From: Fidelibacterota bacterium
GTDB taxonomy: Bacteria; Fidelibacterota; UBA2242
Length of the DNA: 52,111 nt
Assembly (NCBI GenBank): GCA_049975265.1
Contig: JBNGDF010000017.1
Location: forward strand, 1 to 52,111
Reading direction: 5' to 3'
Of this stretch, positions 1 through 10,096 are shown piece by piece. Within the stretch, counting starts at the first letter, position 1; the number at the start of each line of letters is the position of its first letter. The position numbers were made by a program, and so were the translations under genes. The notes under the pieces are model-generated. The model saw only the letters and a list, made by a program, of their open reading frames with translations. It did not search any database and was not told the DNA's origin.

Positions 1-918
1 CTCCTCATGTGCCGCCTGCGCGATGCCCAGCGCCTGCGCCGCCACCGCCAGCCGGGCGCCGTTCATCAGACTCATGACATACTTGATCAGACCAAATTTA
101 CGTTTGCCCACCAGCTCGGCTTTTGCCATATTGAACTGCAATTCACAGGTGGGTGAACCGTGAATGCCGTGTTTGTTTTCAATTCGTCGCACGACCAGAT
201 TATCGTCCCGGTAGCGCTCATAGAGAAACAGGCTCAGCCCGCGTCCCCCTTTGGAGCCCTCTTCAGAGCGCGCCAGCACCAGTGACACCTCACCACAGCC
301 GTTGGTGATGAAGCGCTTGACTCCGTCGAGATACCACTGCCCGTCTTTCTCAATTGCCCGCAGCGACACCGCCTGCAGATCGCTGCCGGCATCGGGTTCG
401 GTGAGTGCCATGGAGCCGCTGACCTCGCCCGTACAGAATTTCGGTAACACCCGTGCTTTCTGGGCTTCGTCACCGAATTTATTGATCGTCACCGCAATGT
501 CCTGCAGCCCGAAGAGGTTCATCAGGCTGGCATCCGCCTGGGAAACCATCTCCACAATCATCGTATTCACCGTCACCGGCAGGTTCAGACCACCATACCG
601 GCGTGGCAGCGTTCCGCCCAGATAGCCGGCATCGGAAAGCACTTTCATATTCTCCTGCGTCTCCGGTGCCCAGCTAACCAGACCGTCCCGGTAGGTTGGT
701 CCCTGTTCGTCCACGGCGGCGGCACGGGGTACGATGAAATTGGCGCAGATATCGCCGGCGTTTTTCAGCACCATATCGTACCAGGCGCGGGCTTCCGCAT
801 AGGAGCGCAGTGCTTCGGGACCCTGATCCTGAAATTCGTTTTCCAGCTTCCTGACAATCTCCTGCAGGTCGATATTGTCGAGATAAAATTTCCGGTTCGC
901 GGTGTAATAATTTTCCAT
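1..918 (-). CDS. Acyl-CoA dehydrogenase, 5' part (runs off the window start)
   Basis: Translated by hand from ATG at 918, which overlaps the etfA stop: MENYYTANRK...SMALTEPDAGSDL...GVKRFITNG...IENKHGIHGSPTCEL...LMNGARLAVAAQALGIAQAA. These are ACAD motifs. Not in the ORF track. Confidence 0.93.
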   Translation of the reverse strand, partial: MENYYTANRKFYLDNIDLQEIVRKLENEFQDQGPEALRSYAEARAWYDMVLKNAGDICANFIVPRAAAVDEQGPTYRDGLVSWAPETQENMKVLSDAGYLGGTLPRRYGGLNLPVTVNTMIVEMVSQADASLMNLFGLQDIAVTINKFGDEAQKARVLPKFCTGEVSGSMALTEPDAGSDLQAVSLRAIEKDGQWYLDGVKRFITNGCGEVSLVLARSEEGSKGGRGLSLFLYERYRDDNLVVRRIENKHGIHGSPTCELQFNMAKAELVGKRKFGLIKYVMSLMNGARLAVAAQALGIAQAAHEE

Positions 919-1913
919 CACACTTCCTCCTTCAGATAGCGCAGCATTACCGGAATTACTTCGGTAAGATCGCCGACAATACCCATGTGCGCAATCTGGA
1001 AAATCGGGGCTTCCGGGTCTTTATTAATTGCCAGAATTTTCTGAGATTCCTCCATGCCGGCACGATGCTGAATCTGTCCGGAAATGCCACAGGCGATATA
1101 GAGTTTCGGGCGCACCACCGAGCCGGTCTGTCCCACTTGGTGATCCTTTTCGATAAATCCAAAATCCACCGCTGCGCGGCTGGCGCCTACTTCACCACCC
1201 AGCGCCTTTGCCAATTCCCGGATCAACCGAAAATTCTCGCGGCTGCCGACACCGGCGCCACCGGAAACGACAATATTCGCCGAGGTCAAATCGATCTTTT
1301 TAACTTTCGGAATGATCTCCAGGAATTCGCTCATTAGCCAGATGTCATTGAAATCAACGGTAAACGCCTCCATCCGGACCGGATTGTGCAATCGCTCCTC
1401 CGGCACCAGCATGACACCCTCCCGCACCGTTGCCATCATCGGTCGGTGATCGGGGGTTACGATAGTCGCCAGAATGTTGCCGCCGAACGCCGGGCGCACC
1501 TGGTACAGAATCCTGCCTTTATCTTTATATTCATCGATATACAGCTGCGTACAGTCCGCCGTCAATCCGGTTTTCATCGATGAAGCAATCAGGGGTGCCA
1601 CATCCCGCCCGGTATGCGTTGCTCCGAAAAGCACAATCTCCGGCTTTTCCGCCCGGATCATCGCTTCCAGCACATGCTTGTATGCCCGCGAATGCAACTG
1701 CGCCAGACGCTGATCGGTATAGTACAGCAGCCGGCTCATTCCGAACTGAAACAGCCGGTCACTATCTTTCGGCAGATCATCACCACAAAACACCCCCACC
1801 ACATCACCATTCAGCGGATGGGACAGGGTGTGAGCTTTATACGTCAGTTCCAGGCTGACGTTGCGGAGTCGCTTCGTCACCGGATTTTTCTCAATAAATA
1901 CCACCGATTTCAT
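918..1913 (-). CDS. etfA: Electron transfer flavoprotein alpha subunit
   Basis: GLTADCT, RPAFGGN, GASRAAVD, QVGQTG and GISGQIQH motifs. Confidence 0.96.
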   Translation of the reverse strand: MKSVVFIEKNPVTKRLRNVSLELTYKAHTLSHPLNGDVVGVFCGDDLPKDSDRLFQFGMSRLLYYTDQRLAQLHSRAYKHVLEAMIRAEKPEIVLFGATHTGRDVAPLIASSMKTGLTADCTQLYIDEYKDKGRILYQVRPAFGGNILATIVTPDHRPMMATVREGVMLVPEERLHNPVRMEAFTVDFNDIWLMSEFLEIIPKVKKIDLTSANIVVSGGAGVGSRENFRLIRELAKALGGEVGASRAAVDFGFIEKDHQVGQTGSVVRPKLYIACGISGQIQHRAGMEESQKILAINKDPEAPIFQIAHMGIVGDLTEVIPVMLRYLKEEV

Positions 1914-2737
1914 CCGCTCACCTCCACATAGTCTTTCATGATGTCCCGAACCAATTGACGGATATCGGTCGCCTCGGTGCCGTACATTTTCAGTTCTCCG
2001 CCTTTCAGCATAATGCTTTTGATCTTGTGAACCCGGGTAGGGCTGCCTTTCAATCCGCAGCGCTCCTCTTCCAAACCCAGATCGTCCATGTTCATTACCG
2101 GTATGACACCGGAACCGTCATTCATATCCACCCGGAAGAAGCGCAACATGCGGCGACAGTTGGGAAACCGCGGCGTATTGGCGTCGGCACATACGGTCAG
2201 CAAAACCGGATAAGCAGTTTTGATTACTTCAGTCTGGACTTCACCGTCCCGCTCCACAATCAGAAAGTTATCATTGACCTCTCTTAATGCCGACACATAG
2301 GTGACCTGATTGAACCCGATTTTTTCTGCCACCTGCGGACCCACCTGAGCGGTGTCGCCGTCAATTGCTTGGCGACCCGCCAGCACCAGATCAACGGCGC
2401 CGATTTTGCGGATTGCCGCTGCGAGTACATAGGAGGTCGCCAGCGTATCGGCTGCCGCAAACCGGCGATCCGTAATCAGACCCACATCGTCGGCACCCAT
2501 ATAGAGAGCATGTTTCAAAATCTCAACGGCTTTGGGCGGTCCCATTGTGATAACATGCACTTCGGCACCGATCCGGTCTCTGATTGTCAGTGCCATCTCC
2601 AGCGCATTCAAATCTTCGGGATTAAAAATCGCCGGCAGGGCGGCGCGGTTAACTGTGCCGTCCGCTTTCATGGCATCGCCGCTGATATTGGCGGTATCGG
2701 GTACCTGCTTTGCCAGAACTACAATTCTTTTCATCAA
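1910..2737 (-). CDS. etfB: Electron transfer flavoprotein beta subunit
   Basis: KQVPDT, DRRFAAADTLATS, GRQAIDGDTAQVGP and GLKGSPTRV motifs; overlaps etfA by 4 nt. Confidence 0.96.
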   Translation of the reverse strand: MMKRIVVLAKQVPDTANISGDAMKADGTVNRAALPAIFNPEDLNALEMALTIRDRIGAEVHVITMGPPKAVEILKHALYMGADDVGLITDRRFAAADTLATSYVLAAAIRKIGAVDLVLAGRQAIDGDTAQVGPQVAEKIGFNQVTYVSALREVNDNFLIVERDGEVQTEVIKTAYPVLLTVCADANTPRFPNCRRMLRFFRVDMNDGSGVIPVMNMDDLGLEEERCGLKGSPTRVHKIKSIMLKGGELKMYGTEATDIRQLVRDIMKDYVEVSG

Positions 2738-2900
2738 TCCTCCAAACCAAAAATATCAAGCATTTAGTTTAACACAGAAATACTTTTTTTCAATATTTTT
2801 CTGACAATTTATACCCGGCGACGGCTGACCAAAAGAATTGCCTCTTGGACTTTCGCACCACTCAGGTTAATTTTGATTGCAGTCAAAAAAGTGAGAGAGT

Positions 2901-3545
2901 ATGATCCGTAAAATCAATCTTGAAACCTGGTCCCGGCGACGCCAATTTGAATTTTTCAGGCATTACGATTATCCCCATTTTAATATCAGCACCAATATCG
3001 AAATCTCCCGGAGTTTTCATTACACAAAACGACAGAAAGTGTCGTTATTCAAAACGATTCTATATTTGAGTATGAAAGCCGTCAATGCAATCCCGGAATT
3101 CCGGACCCGGATTCGGAGTGAACGCGTCATCGAGCATGATATTGTCCATCCCTCATTTACTGTAGATGTAGAAGACAACCAGTTCAGCTTCTGTAATGCC
3201 GATTTCCATGAAGATATTGATCAATTTTTCCAAAATGTAGCGGCTGCCATGCAAAAGGTCAAAGAGAATCCCTTTATCCAGAGCAATGCTAACGAGGACG
3301 ACCGTATCTATATCACCTGTATTCCCTGGGTCTCCTTTACCGGATTGATGCACCCGATCAAACTGAATTCTGCGGATTCGGTTCCCCGGCTGGCTTGGGG
3401 CAAATACATTATCAGACAAAAATCCGTCCTCCTGCCCTATTCCATCCAGGCACATCATGCCCTAGTGGATGGTTTCCACGCCGGACTTTTTATCAGTAAA
3501 TTACAGGAATTTATTAATCAGCCTGACGCCTTTTTAAGGGATTAA
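2901..3545 (+). CDS. CatA-like (type A chloramphenicol) O-acetyltransferase
   Basis: 214 aa; WSRRRQFEFF N-terminus, ITCIPWVSFT and the catalytic HHALVDGFH (HHxxxDG) motif. Confidence 0.85.
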   Translation: MIRKINLETWSRRRQFEFFRHYDYPHFNISTNIEISRSFHYTKRQKVSLFKTILYLSMKAVNAIPEFRTRIRSERVIEHDIVHPSFTVDVEDNQFSFCNADFHEDIDQFFQNVAAAMQKVKENPFIQSNANEDDRIYITCIPWVSFTGLMHPIKLNSADSVPRLAWGKYIIRQKSVLLPYSIQAHHALVDGFHAGLFISKLQEFINQPDAFLRD

Positions 3546-3845
3546 ACTGCCGATTGCCTGCACCGGGGAACAGGAAAGGAGAACAGGCAGAGCACCCGAG
3601 GGGGATTGGCACCCTGCCTGGTGAGTCATGCTATGATAACTGTTCAACCAATAAAAATAGCCACTCTGTCCTTTTGATTATTGGATCTCTTTTTGGTTAC
3701 GTGCCTGACAACCAAATTATCAGGTGGTGGCTCAAAAACAGACAAAATCCGCTTTCAAGACAGCAGATATTGTCGCAATTCGTGATTTTTTGTAGATTAG
3801 CGCCCCTGCGAAATTGAAAACTTGTGAAAGAGGACACTGAAGCCA

Positions 3846-6269
3846 TTGAAAAATGTTACCTTTGTACTGATTCTGGCATTCATCACCCTGGCGTCAGCCA
3901 CCGCTGGTCAGGGTCCGGTCAGAGCGATTAACGCCGCCCGCATTTCCGAACCGCCCAAAATTGACGGCATTCTGGCAGAATCCACCTGGCAGACGTTGCC
4001 GGTTCTGGATAATTTCTGGGGTTATTATCCACACAATGACCGACCCGGATCACACCCGGTCAAAGTCCATGTCGGCTATGATGATGATGCGCTCTATATC
4101 GGTGCATTGCTCTATGACAATCCCGACAGTATTACCCAGTCACTGGGCAAACGCGACAGCGGCGATGGCGTCAATACAGACCTCTTCGCCGTCTATCTCA
4201 GCCCTTATAACGACCACCTGAGTGGCTACCTGTTCATGGTTGCGGTCTCGGGCGCTCAAACCGATATCCTGATCTCCGCCAACCGCCAGGACGATAAATG
4301 GAACGCCGTGTGGGACAGTGAAACCCAGATCAATGCAAAAAGCTGGTCGGTCGAGATGCGGATTCCCTACTCGGCAATCCGATTTTCCGATAAGCCGGTT
4401 CAAAACTGGGGTTTTAATGTTCTGCGCCATATCAAACGCTACAACGAATGGTCCTCCTGGAGTTTTATTGACCGTGAAAGCGACGAATGGTACCACCACA
4501 TGGGTGAGCTGCAGGGTTTGGAAAACCTGCACCCGCCGTTGCGGCTTTCGTTTGTGCCCTACCTGTCCGGCTATCTCGAAAATAACACCGCCGACCAATG
4601 GGGCTATTCCTATAACAGCGGTCTCGATATGAAATACGGCATCAGCGAAAGCTATACTCTGGACCTGACCCTCATCCCCGATTTCGGTCATGTCCAGTCC
4701 GACGACCGGGAACTGAATCTGACCCCCTATGAAATTCAGTATGATGAAAACCGCCAGTTTTTTATCGAGGGTACCGAGCTGTTTCAAAAAGCCGATATCT
4801 TCTATTCCCGCCGAATCGGCGATCAACCGGTTTTTTATACCAACATTGAAAATAATCTCACTGCCAATGAGAAAGTCGTCCGGAATCCTCCCGAAACCCA
4901 ACTGATCAACGCCACGAAGGTCTCCGGACGGAATCAGCATGGACTGGGAATCGGCGCATTTAATGCCATGACCGCTAAAACCAGTGCCACGATTAAAGAT
5001 ACCGTTACCGGCGCCGAACGAAAATATGTCACCCAGCCTTTTACCAACTACAACATCCTTGTTCTGGATCAGACCTTCCGCAAATATTCCTACGCCAGCC
5101 TGATTAACACCAACGTTCGGCGCGCAAAATATACCGCCAACGTCACCGGTACGGAATTTCGCCTGGCGGACAAAGACAACCGCTATAACCTCTGGAGTCA
5201 GATCGCCGTCAGCCAGAAATACGACGCCGACACCACTTTTGACAAAGGCTTTAAAAATGATATCTATTTCGGAAAAGTGTCCGGCAATTTGCAATACAAT
5301 TACCAGATGTCTGTAATGAGTGATCAATACGACCCCAACGACCTCGGCTACATTCAACAGAACAACAGCTTCAAGCACTGGGCATCCATCGAATACAACA
5401 TTTTCAAACCCTTCGGAATATTTCTGGAAATGTACCATCAGCTCTCTGTTTCCCACAACTCCCTGTACGCGCCGCGGCATTTCTGTGGCTACACCCTCGA
5501 TTACAGTATTAAGACTAATTTCATCAATCACTGGTACGCCCAAATGCACGCGCAGTGGCAACCAATGGAATTCCGGAACTACTTTGAACCCCGCGTCGCC
5601 GGTCGCTTTTTTCGTACGCCGCCGCTCTTTCACAACTGCGGCGGCATTCAGACCGACACAAAAAAACTCTTCGCAGTCGCACTTTTCGGCGGCTTTAACA
5701 AATACTACAACGACCCCTTCGACCGGTTTTCTTACTGGCTCTCTCTGGAACCGCAGTTTCAGTTCAGCACCAAATTCAATCTCGATTTCGAATTTTACTA
5801 CAATAACCGATATAACGAAATCGGTTATGTGGCTCACGAAGACGACGAGAGCCGGGTCTATTTCGGTCGCCGCCAGGTCAAGACCCTTGAAACGATCGTC
5901 GATCTCGAATACCTCTTCACCAGTAAAATGGCACTGGATTTCCGTCTGCGCCACTACTGGTCCAAAGCTGATTATGCTGATTACTACATGCTGCGGACCA
6001 ACGGATATGTGGAAGCGCTGAACAATTATACCGAAAACCATGATATCAATTACAATGCCTTTAACATTGATATGGTCTTCACCTGGAATTTTGCGCCCGG
6101 CAGCGAACTATTGTTGATCTATAAGAAGAGTATTGACGACGAGAACGATTCGGTGCAAAAAACCTTTTCCCAAAATCTCCACGATACCATTGCATCACCT
6201 CAGGTTAACAGCCTTTCGGTAAAAATTCTATACTATTTGGATTATCTCACCCTGAAAAAACGCGGTTAG
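3846..6269 (+). CDS. DUF5916 / CBM9-like sugar-binding domain outer-membrane protein
   Basis: TTG start and signal peptide; PKIDG..W, YDDDALY, WSVEMRIPYSAIRF, PDFGHVQSD, ENRQFFIEG, FYSRRIG; aromatic beta-strand C-terminus YYLDY. Confidence 0.8.
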   Translation: MKNVTFVLILAFITLASATAGQGPVRAINAARISEPPKIDGILAESTWQTLPVLDNFWGYYPHNDRPGSHPVKVHVGYDDDALYIGALLYDNPDSITQSLGKRDSGDGVNTDLFAVYLSPYNDHLSGYLFMVAVSGAQTDILISANRQDDKWNAVWDSETQINAKSWSVEMRIPYSAIRFSDKPVQNWGFNVLRHIKRYNEWSSWSFIDRESDEWYHHMGELQGLENLHPPLRLSFVPYLSGYLENNTADQWGYSYNSGLDMKYGISESYTLDLTLIPDFGHVQSDDRELNLTPYEIQYDENRQFFIEGTELFQKADIFYSRRIGDQPVFYTNIENNLTANEKVVRNPPETQLINATKVSGRNQHGLGIGAFNAMTAKTSATIKDTVTGAERKYVTQPFTNYNILVLDQTFRKYSYASLINTNVRRAKYTANVTGTEFRLADKDNRYNLWSQIAVSQKYDADTTFDKGFKNDIYFGKVSGNLQYNYQMSVMSDQYDPNDLGYIQQNNSFKHWASIEYNIFKPFGIFLEMYHQLSVSHNSLYAPRHFCGYTLDYSIKTNFINHWYAQMHAQWQPMEFRNYFEPRVAGRFFRTPPLFHNCGGIQTDTKKLFAVALFGGFNKYYNDPFDRFSYWLSLEPQFQFSTKFNLDFEFYYNNRYNEIGYVAHEDDESRVYFGRRQVKTLETIVDLEYLFTSKMALDFRLRHYWSKADYADYYMLRTNGYVEALNNYTENHDINYNAFNIDMVFTWNFAPGSELLLIYKKSIDDENDSVQKTFSQNLHDTIASPQVNSLSVKILYYLDYLTLKKRG

Positions 6270-6398
6270 TTCCGCTGATAAATTCCGCTTCTGTAAAAAT
6301 GAAACTTTTCCGGCACCACCTGCGTCCTACTAACAGTAAGTGCAGCTGTGAATTGAAAAATCTGATTTCCCTCCCAGTACTTACAAACCCACACAAAG

Positions 6399-6430
6399 GA
6401 AAATCAGCCCTCCCCCGGGGGCTGATTTTC
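6399..6430. terminator. Probable bidirectional terminator hairpin between convergent genes
   Basis: 12-bp inverted repeat gaaaatcagccc / gggctgattttc. Confidence 0.6.
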
Positions 6431-6464
6431 AATGAACCTAACTGCCTGCTCAGCTGTGAATTAT

Positions 6465-6938
6465 TCAGGTTAAAAATGCCGCTCTGCCCGGATAGTGCAT
6501 CTTTTTTCGCGCTACCTCTTCCGGATAGACAAAACAGTCCACCACTGCCTCGGTACAAAGCACACCCCCGCCATCAAACAGACTGGCTTGTACAGTCATA
6601 ATTCGCTTTTTTCGTTCAACAATTTCCGCCGCCAATGTAACGCTGCCCTTGTCAATCAGAACCGGCTTGAGGTATTTTACTTCAATACGCGCCGTAACTC
6701 CACCGGTTCCCCCGATCACATAGACCGCCCAGCTGGCGACCTCATCCAGCAGCGTCGCCTGAATACCCCCGTGCAGGATATTGGGATAGCCCTGATACGG
6801 ACCTTCCGGTTGCCAATTCGTCCGAATTGTCTCCCCGTCGAGGTAAAAATCGAGATGCAGACCGATCGGATTATGCGGCGCGCAGACGAAACAGTTATAG
6901 CCCTTCAGGGCGATAAAGGGATTATTTAATTTTTTCAT
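6465..6938 (-). CDS. PaaI/hotdog-fold thioesterase
   Basis: CFVCAPHNPIGL and YQGYPNILHGGIQATLLDE motifs. Confidence 0.9.
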   Translation of the reverse strand: MKKLNNPFIALKGYNCFVCAPHNPIGLHLDFYLDGETIRTNWQPEGPYQGYPNILHGGIQATLLDEVASWAVYVIGGTGGVTARIEVKYLKPVLIDKGSVTLAAEIVERKKRIMTVQASLFDGGGVLCTEAVVDCFVYPEEVARKKMHYPGRAAFLT

Positions 6939-7063
6939 AAAAATAATTCTCCGGGCTTTTGTTAAACATCACATTTTTGTAATATTAACAAATTTCGTGA
7001 CAACTATCCACTTTCTGATTAATCTGAGTCTCATATTTTCAAATTTTAGAATTGGAAGTAGAA

Positions 7064-8140
7064 ATGCGGGAAAATACAGACTATATCACCTTGATGAACA
7101 GGGGAATCCGTCAACTTGTCACTGACGCTCTGAAAATCAGTCTGCACAGACCGTCCCTGGCTCTTTTTATCCTGAAAAGTTTTTACTGGCAACGCCAAGC
7201 TGAAAAGCGCCGTCTTGATTGTGAAAAGAAGGGTGTCCATGTTCCGCCGTTTATGATTATCAGTATCACCAATCGCTGCAATCTCAAATGCAAAGGCTGC
7301 TATGCACTGGCTCAGAAGCGGCAACAGCGCTCTGAAATGACCGGTGAAAAACTAACTCGGGTAATCGGCGAAGCCCGCGAGTTGGGGGTTTCCATTATCC
7401 TTCTCGCCGGCGGTGAACCGCTGATTCGGACCGACCTGTTTGACATAACCGCCCGGTTTCCGGACATCATATTTCCGGTTTTTACCAACGGTATGCTGCT
7501 CAACCCGGTAACGATTGCCAGATTTAAAAGACAGAAGAACGTACTGCCGGTCATCAGCCTGGAAGGTCAGCGCCGCGATACCGATATCCGCCGCGGCGCC
7601 GGTGTTCACGATTATCTGGCACGCACTATCAAGCGGATTAATAAAACCGGCATTTTCTTCGGAATCTCCTTCACCATGACCCGGGATACCTTCACAACCC
7701 TCACCGATCCCGATTTTATTGCCTCGGTCGTTAAGCTCGGCGCCAAACTCTTTTTCTTTATTGATTATATTCCCGTTCAAGAGGGTACCGCAGACATGGA
7801 ATTGACCCCCGAACAATCCCGCAGTGTCGGTAACTTAATGGAAACATTCCGTTTAAAATATCCGGCGCTGTTCATAGCCTTTCCCGGAGATGAAGCCGAG
7901 TTCGGCGGCTGTCTGTCATCGGGACGCGGTTTCGTTCATGTCGCGCCTGATGGCAGTTTGGAACCCTGCCCTTTCGCTCCCTATTCGGATACCAATTTAC
8001 GCGAACTGCCGCTGAAGGATGCGCTCAAATCCCGATTTTTGGAAACCATCCGGGAAAACCGGGATAAACTGGATGAATCCGGAGGCGGCTGTGCCCTGTG
8101 GGTGCAACGGGAATGGGTTAAATCACTGCTCCCGGATTAA
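7064..8140 (+). CDS. Radical SAM protein with twitch/SPASM-type C-terminus
   Basis: CNLKCKGC (CxxxCxxC), GGEPL, FTNG, GGCLSSGRGFVHV..DGSLEPCPF; likely ATG at 7064. Confidence 0.9.
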   Translation: MRENTDYITLMNRGIRQLVTDALKISLHRPSLALFILKSFYWQRQAEKRRLDCEKKGVHVPPFMIISITNRCNLKCKGCYALAQKRQQRSEMTGEKLTRVIGEARELGVSIILLAGGEPLIRTDLFDITARFPDIIFPVFTNGMLLNPVTIARFKRQKNVLPVISLEGQRRDTDIRRGAGVHDYLARTIKRINKTGIFFGISFTMTRDTFTTLTDPDFIASVVKLGAKLFFFIDYIPVQEGTADMELTPEQSRSVGNLMETFRLKYPALFIAFPGDEAEFGGCLSSGRGFVHVAPDGSLEPCPFAPYSDTNLRELPLKDALKSRFLETIRENRDKLDESGGGCALWVQREWVKSLLPD

Positions 8141-8254
8141 TTGGTTTACATGTCTTTACCATCCTGAATGATACCCGAAAAAAGGTTTTTAAAGAACTTT
8201 TTCCTGCCTATTTTGGAATTTCTCATTAACTTTAACCCCGTTAGGAGTTTTGTA

Positions 8255-9478
8255 ATGAATACACGCAGAATAATTGGGCTATTTATCTTGTTGGTTTTAA
8301 TAGGCAGTTGCAATCCTTCATCCAGTTTTGATCAGCGCGCCGGGCGGATTCACCAGGAATTACTGACTCTCGATTCCCACACCGACACTCCAATCGATAT
8401 GGTACGCTGGAATGCCGATATCGGACAGAATCTCGCCGACAGCTCCTGGGGCGGGAAAGTCGATCTGCCACGAATGCAAAAAGGCGGGCTCGATGCAATT
8501 TTCTTTGCCGCCTGGATCGGACAGGGACCGCGGACACCGGAAGGCTATCATCAAGCCCGAGAAAAGGTCAATCGTACCATTCAAGCCATTCACGATGCCG
8601 TCGCAAAAAACAGTGACCGGGCAGAACTGGCGCTCACTGCTGACGACGCCGGGCGAATTACCAAAGCCGGTAAACACGCAATCTATATCGGCATCGAAAA
8701 CGGCTACGCCATCGGACTGGACCTCAGGGAAATCGAACACTACTACAATCTCGGCGCCCGCTATATGACACTCTGCCATACCAAAAATAACGATATCTGC
8801 GATTCATCCAACGATACAACCGAGCATCACGGTCTCAGCGAATTTGGAAAAAGGGTCGTCAGGGAGATGAACCGCCTGGGCATGATGGTCGATCTGTCGC
8901 ACGTTTCCGACGAGAGCTTCTACGATGTCCTGGAAATCACCACTGCTCCCGTAATTGTGTCTCACTCCTGCGCCCGGGCGATCTGTGACAACCCCCGCAA
9001 CCTCAGCGACGACATGTTGCTGGCGCTGGCGGAAAACGGCGGCGTTATTCAGCTGGCTGTCTATACCGAATATGTCAAAACCCCCGAACCCAACCCCGAA
9101 CGGGAAGCCGCCCTGCAAGCGCTGGATACAAAATATCCAAATTATGAACAGATGACCGAAGAAGAAAAGAATGCGGTTCGGCGGGAATATTACGCCATTC
9201 GGAAACAGTATCCCCTGAAATTGGCAACCGTCAGCGATCTGGTAGATCACATTGACCACATCGTCAGTCTCATTGGGATTGATTATGTCGGTATCGGTAC
9301 CGATTTCGACGGCGGCGGCGAACTGGCAGACCTGCAGGACGTCAGTCAGATGCCAAACATCACCAAAGAGCTGTTACGCCGCGGCTATCCGAAAAAGGAT
9401 ATTCAGAAAATCTGGAGCGGTAACTTTTTACGGGTTTTTCGGGCAGTGGAGCAAAGTCGCCCGAAAACCATCGGTTAG
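8255..9478 (+). CDS. Membrane dipeptidase (peptidase M19) lipoprotein
   Basis: AGGAG RBS before ATG 8255; lipobox IGSC; DSHTD, GIENG, DLSH, SHS..R, VGIGTDFDGG. Confidence 0.92.
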   Translation: MNTRRIIGLFILLVLIGSCNPSSSFDQRAGRIHQELLTLDSHTDTPIDMVRWNADIGQNLADSSWGGKVDLPRMQKGGLDAIFFAAWIGQGPRTPEGYHQAREKVNRTIQAIHDAVAKNSDRAELALTADDAGRITKAGKHAIYIGIENGYAIGLDLREIEHYYNLGARYMTLCHTKNNDICDSSNDTTEHHGLSEFGKRVVREMNRLGMMVDLSHVSDESFYDVLEITTAPVIVSHSCARAICDNPRNLSDDMLLALAENGGVIQLAVYTEYVKTPEPNPEREAALQALDTKYPNYEQMTEEEKNAVRREYYAIRKQYPLKLATVSDLVDHIDHIVSLIGIDYVGIGTDFDGGGELADLQDVSQMPNITKELLRRGYPKKDIQKIWSGNFLRVFRAVEQSRPKTIG

Positions 9479-9508
9479 GGCCCCTGAAAGATTTTAGCTT
9501 TTAAACAA

Positions 9509-10096
9509 TCACCGGTGCCGTTTTTCCAGCACCGCCATAATTTCCGCCAGCGAAATCCCCTTTTCAGCCAGGAGCACCAACAGGTGATACATCAGATCGG
9601 CGATCTCCTCCTTTAGTTGAAGATGATCACCGGCAACGGCGTCAATAACCAACTCTGTCGCTTCTTCACCCACTTTCTGGGCAATCCGGCGAATGCCGGC
9701 ATCCAGAAGTTTGTTCGTATATGAGCCGGGCTGCGGATTCGCCTTGCGGTCGGCGATAACCGCCTCCAGCCGATAGAGAAAATCCCGGACATCACCGTTC
9801 TGTTCATTAAAACAGGTGTCGGTGCCGGTGTGGCAGACCGGTCCGGTGGGCTGCGCTTTCACCAGCAGTGTATCGCCGTCACAGTCCACCAGAATCTCCT
9901 TCAGCAGTAAAAAATTGCCTGAGGTCTCACCCTTGGTCCAGAGTTTCTGACGGGAACGGCTGAAAAAGGTCACTTTACCGGTATCCAATGTCTTCTCATA
10001 GGCTTCTTTATTCATATAGCCCAGCATCAGGACTGTTTTTGTTACGCTGTCCTGCACTATTGCCGGAACGAGCCCTTTGTCAAAATCAATTTTCAT
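9509..10096 (-). CDS. hisIE: Bifunctional PR-AMP cyclohydrolase / PR-ATP pyrophosphatase
   Basis: [36 protein letters not shown]. Confidence 0.97.
   Translation of the reverse strand: MKIDFDKGLVPAIVQDSVTKTVLMLGYMNKEAYEKTLDTGKVTFFSRSRQKLWTKGETSGNFLLLKEILVDCDGDTLLVKAQPTGPVCHTGTDTCFNEQNGDVRDFLYRLEAVIADRKANPQPGSYTNKLLDAGIRRIAQKVGEEATELVIDAVAGDHLQLKEEIADLMYHLLVLLAEKGISLAEIMAVLEKRHR

Noticed and set aside
4140..6041. 633-aa antisense ORF inside the DUF5916 gene
   Set aside because: No recognisable motifs; it is the codon-bias shadow of the well-supported plus-strand gene.
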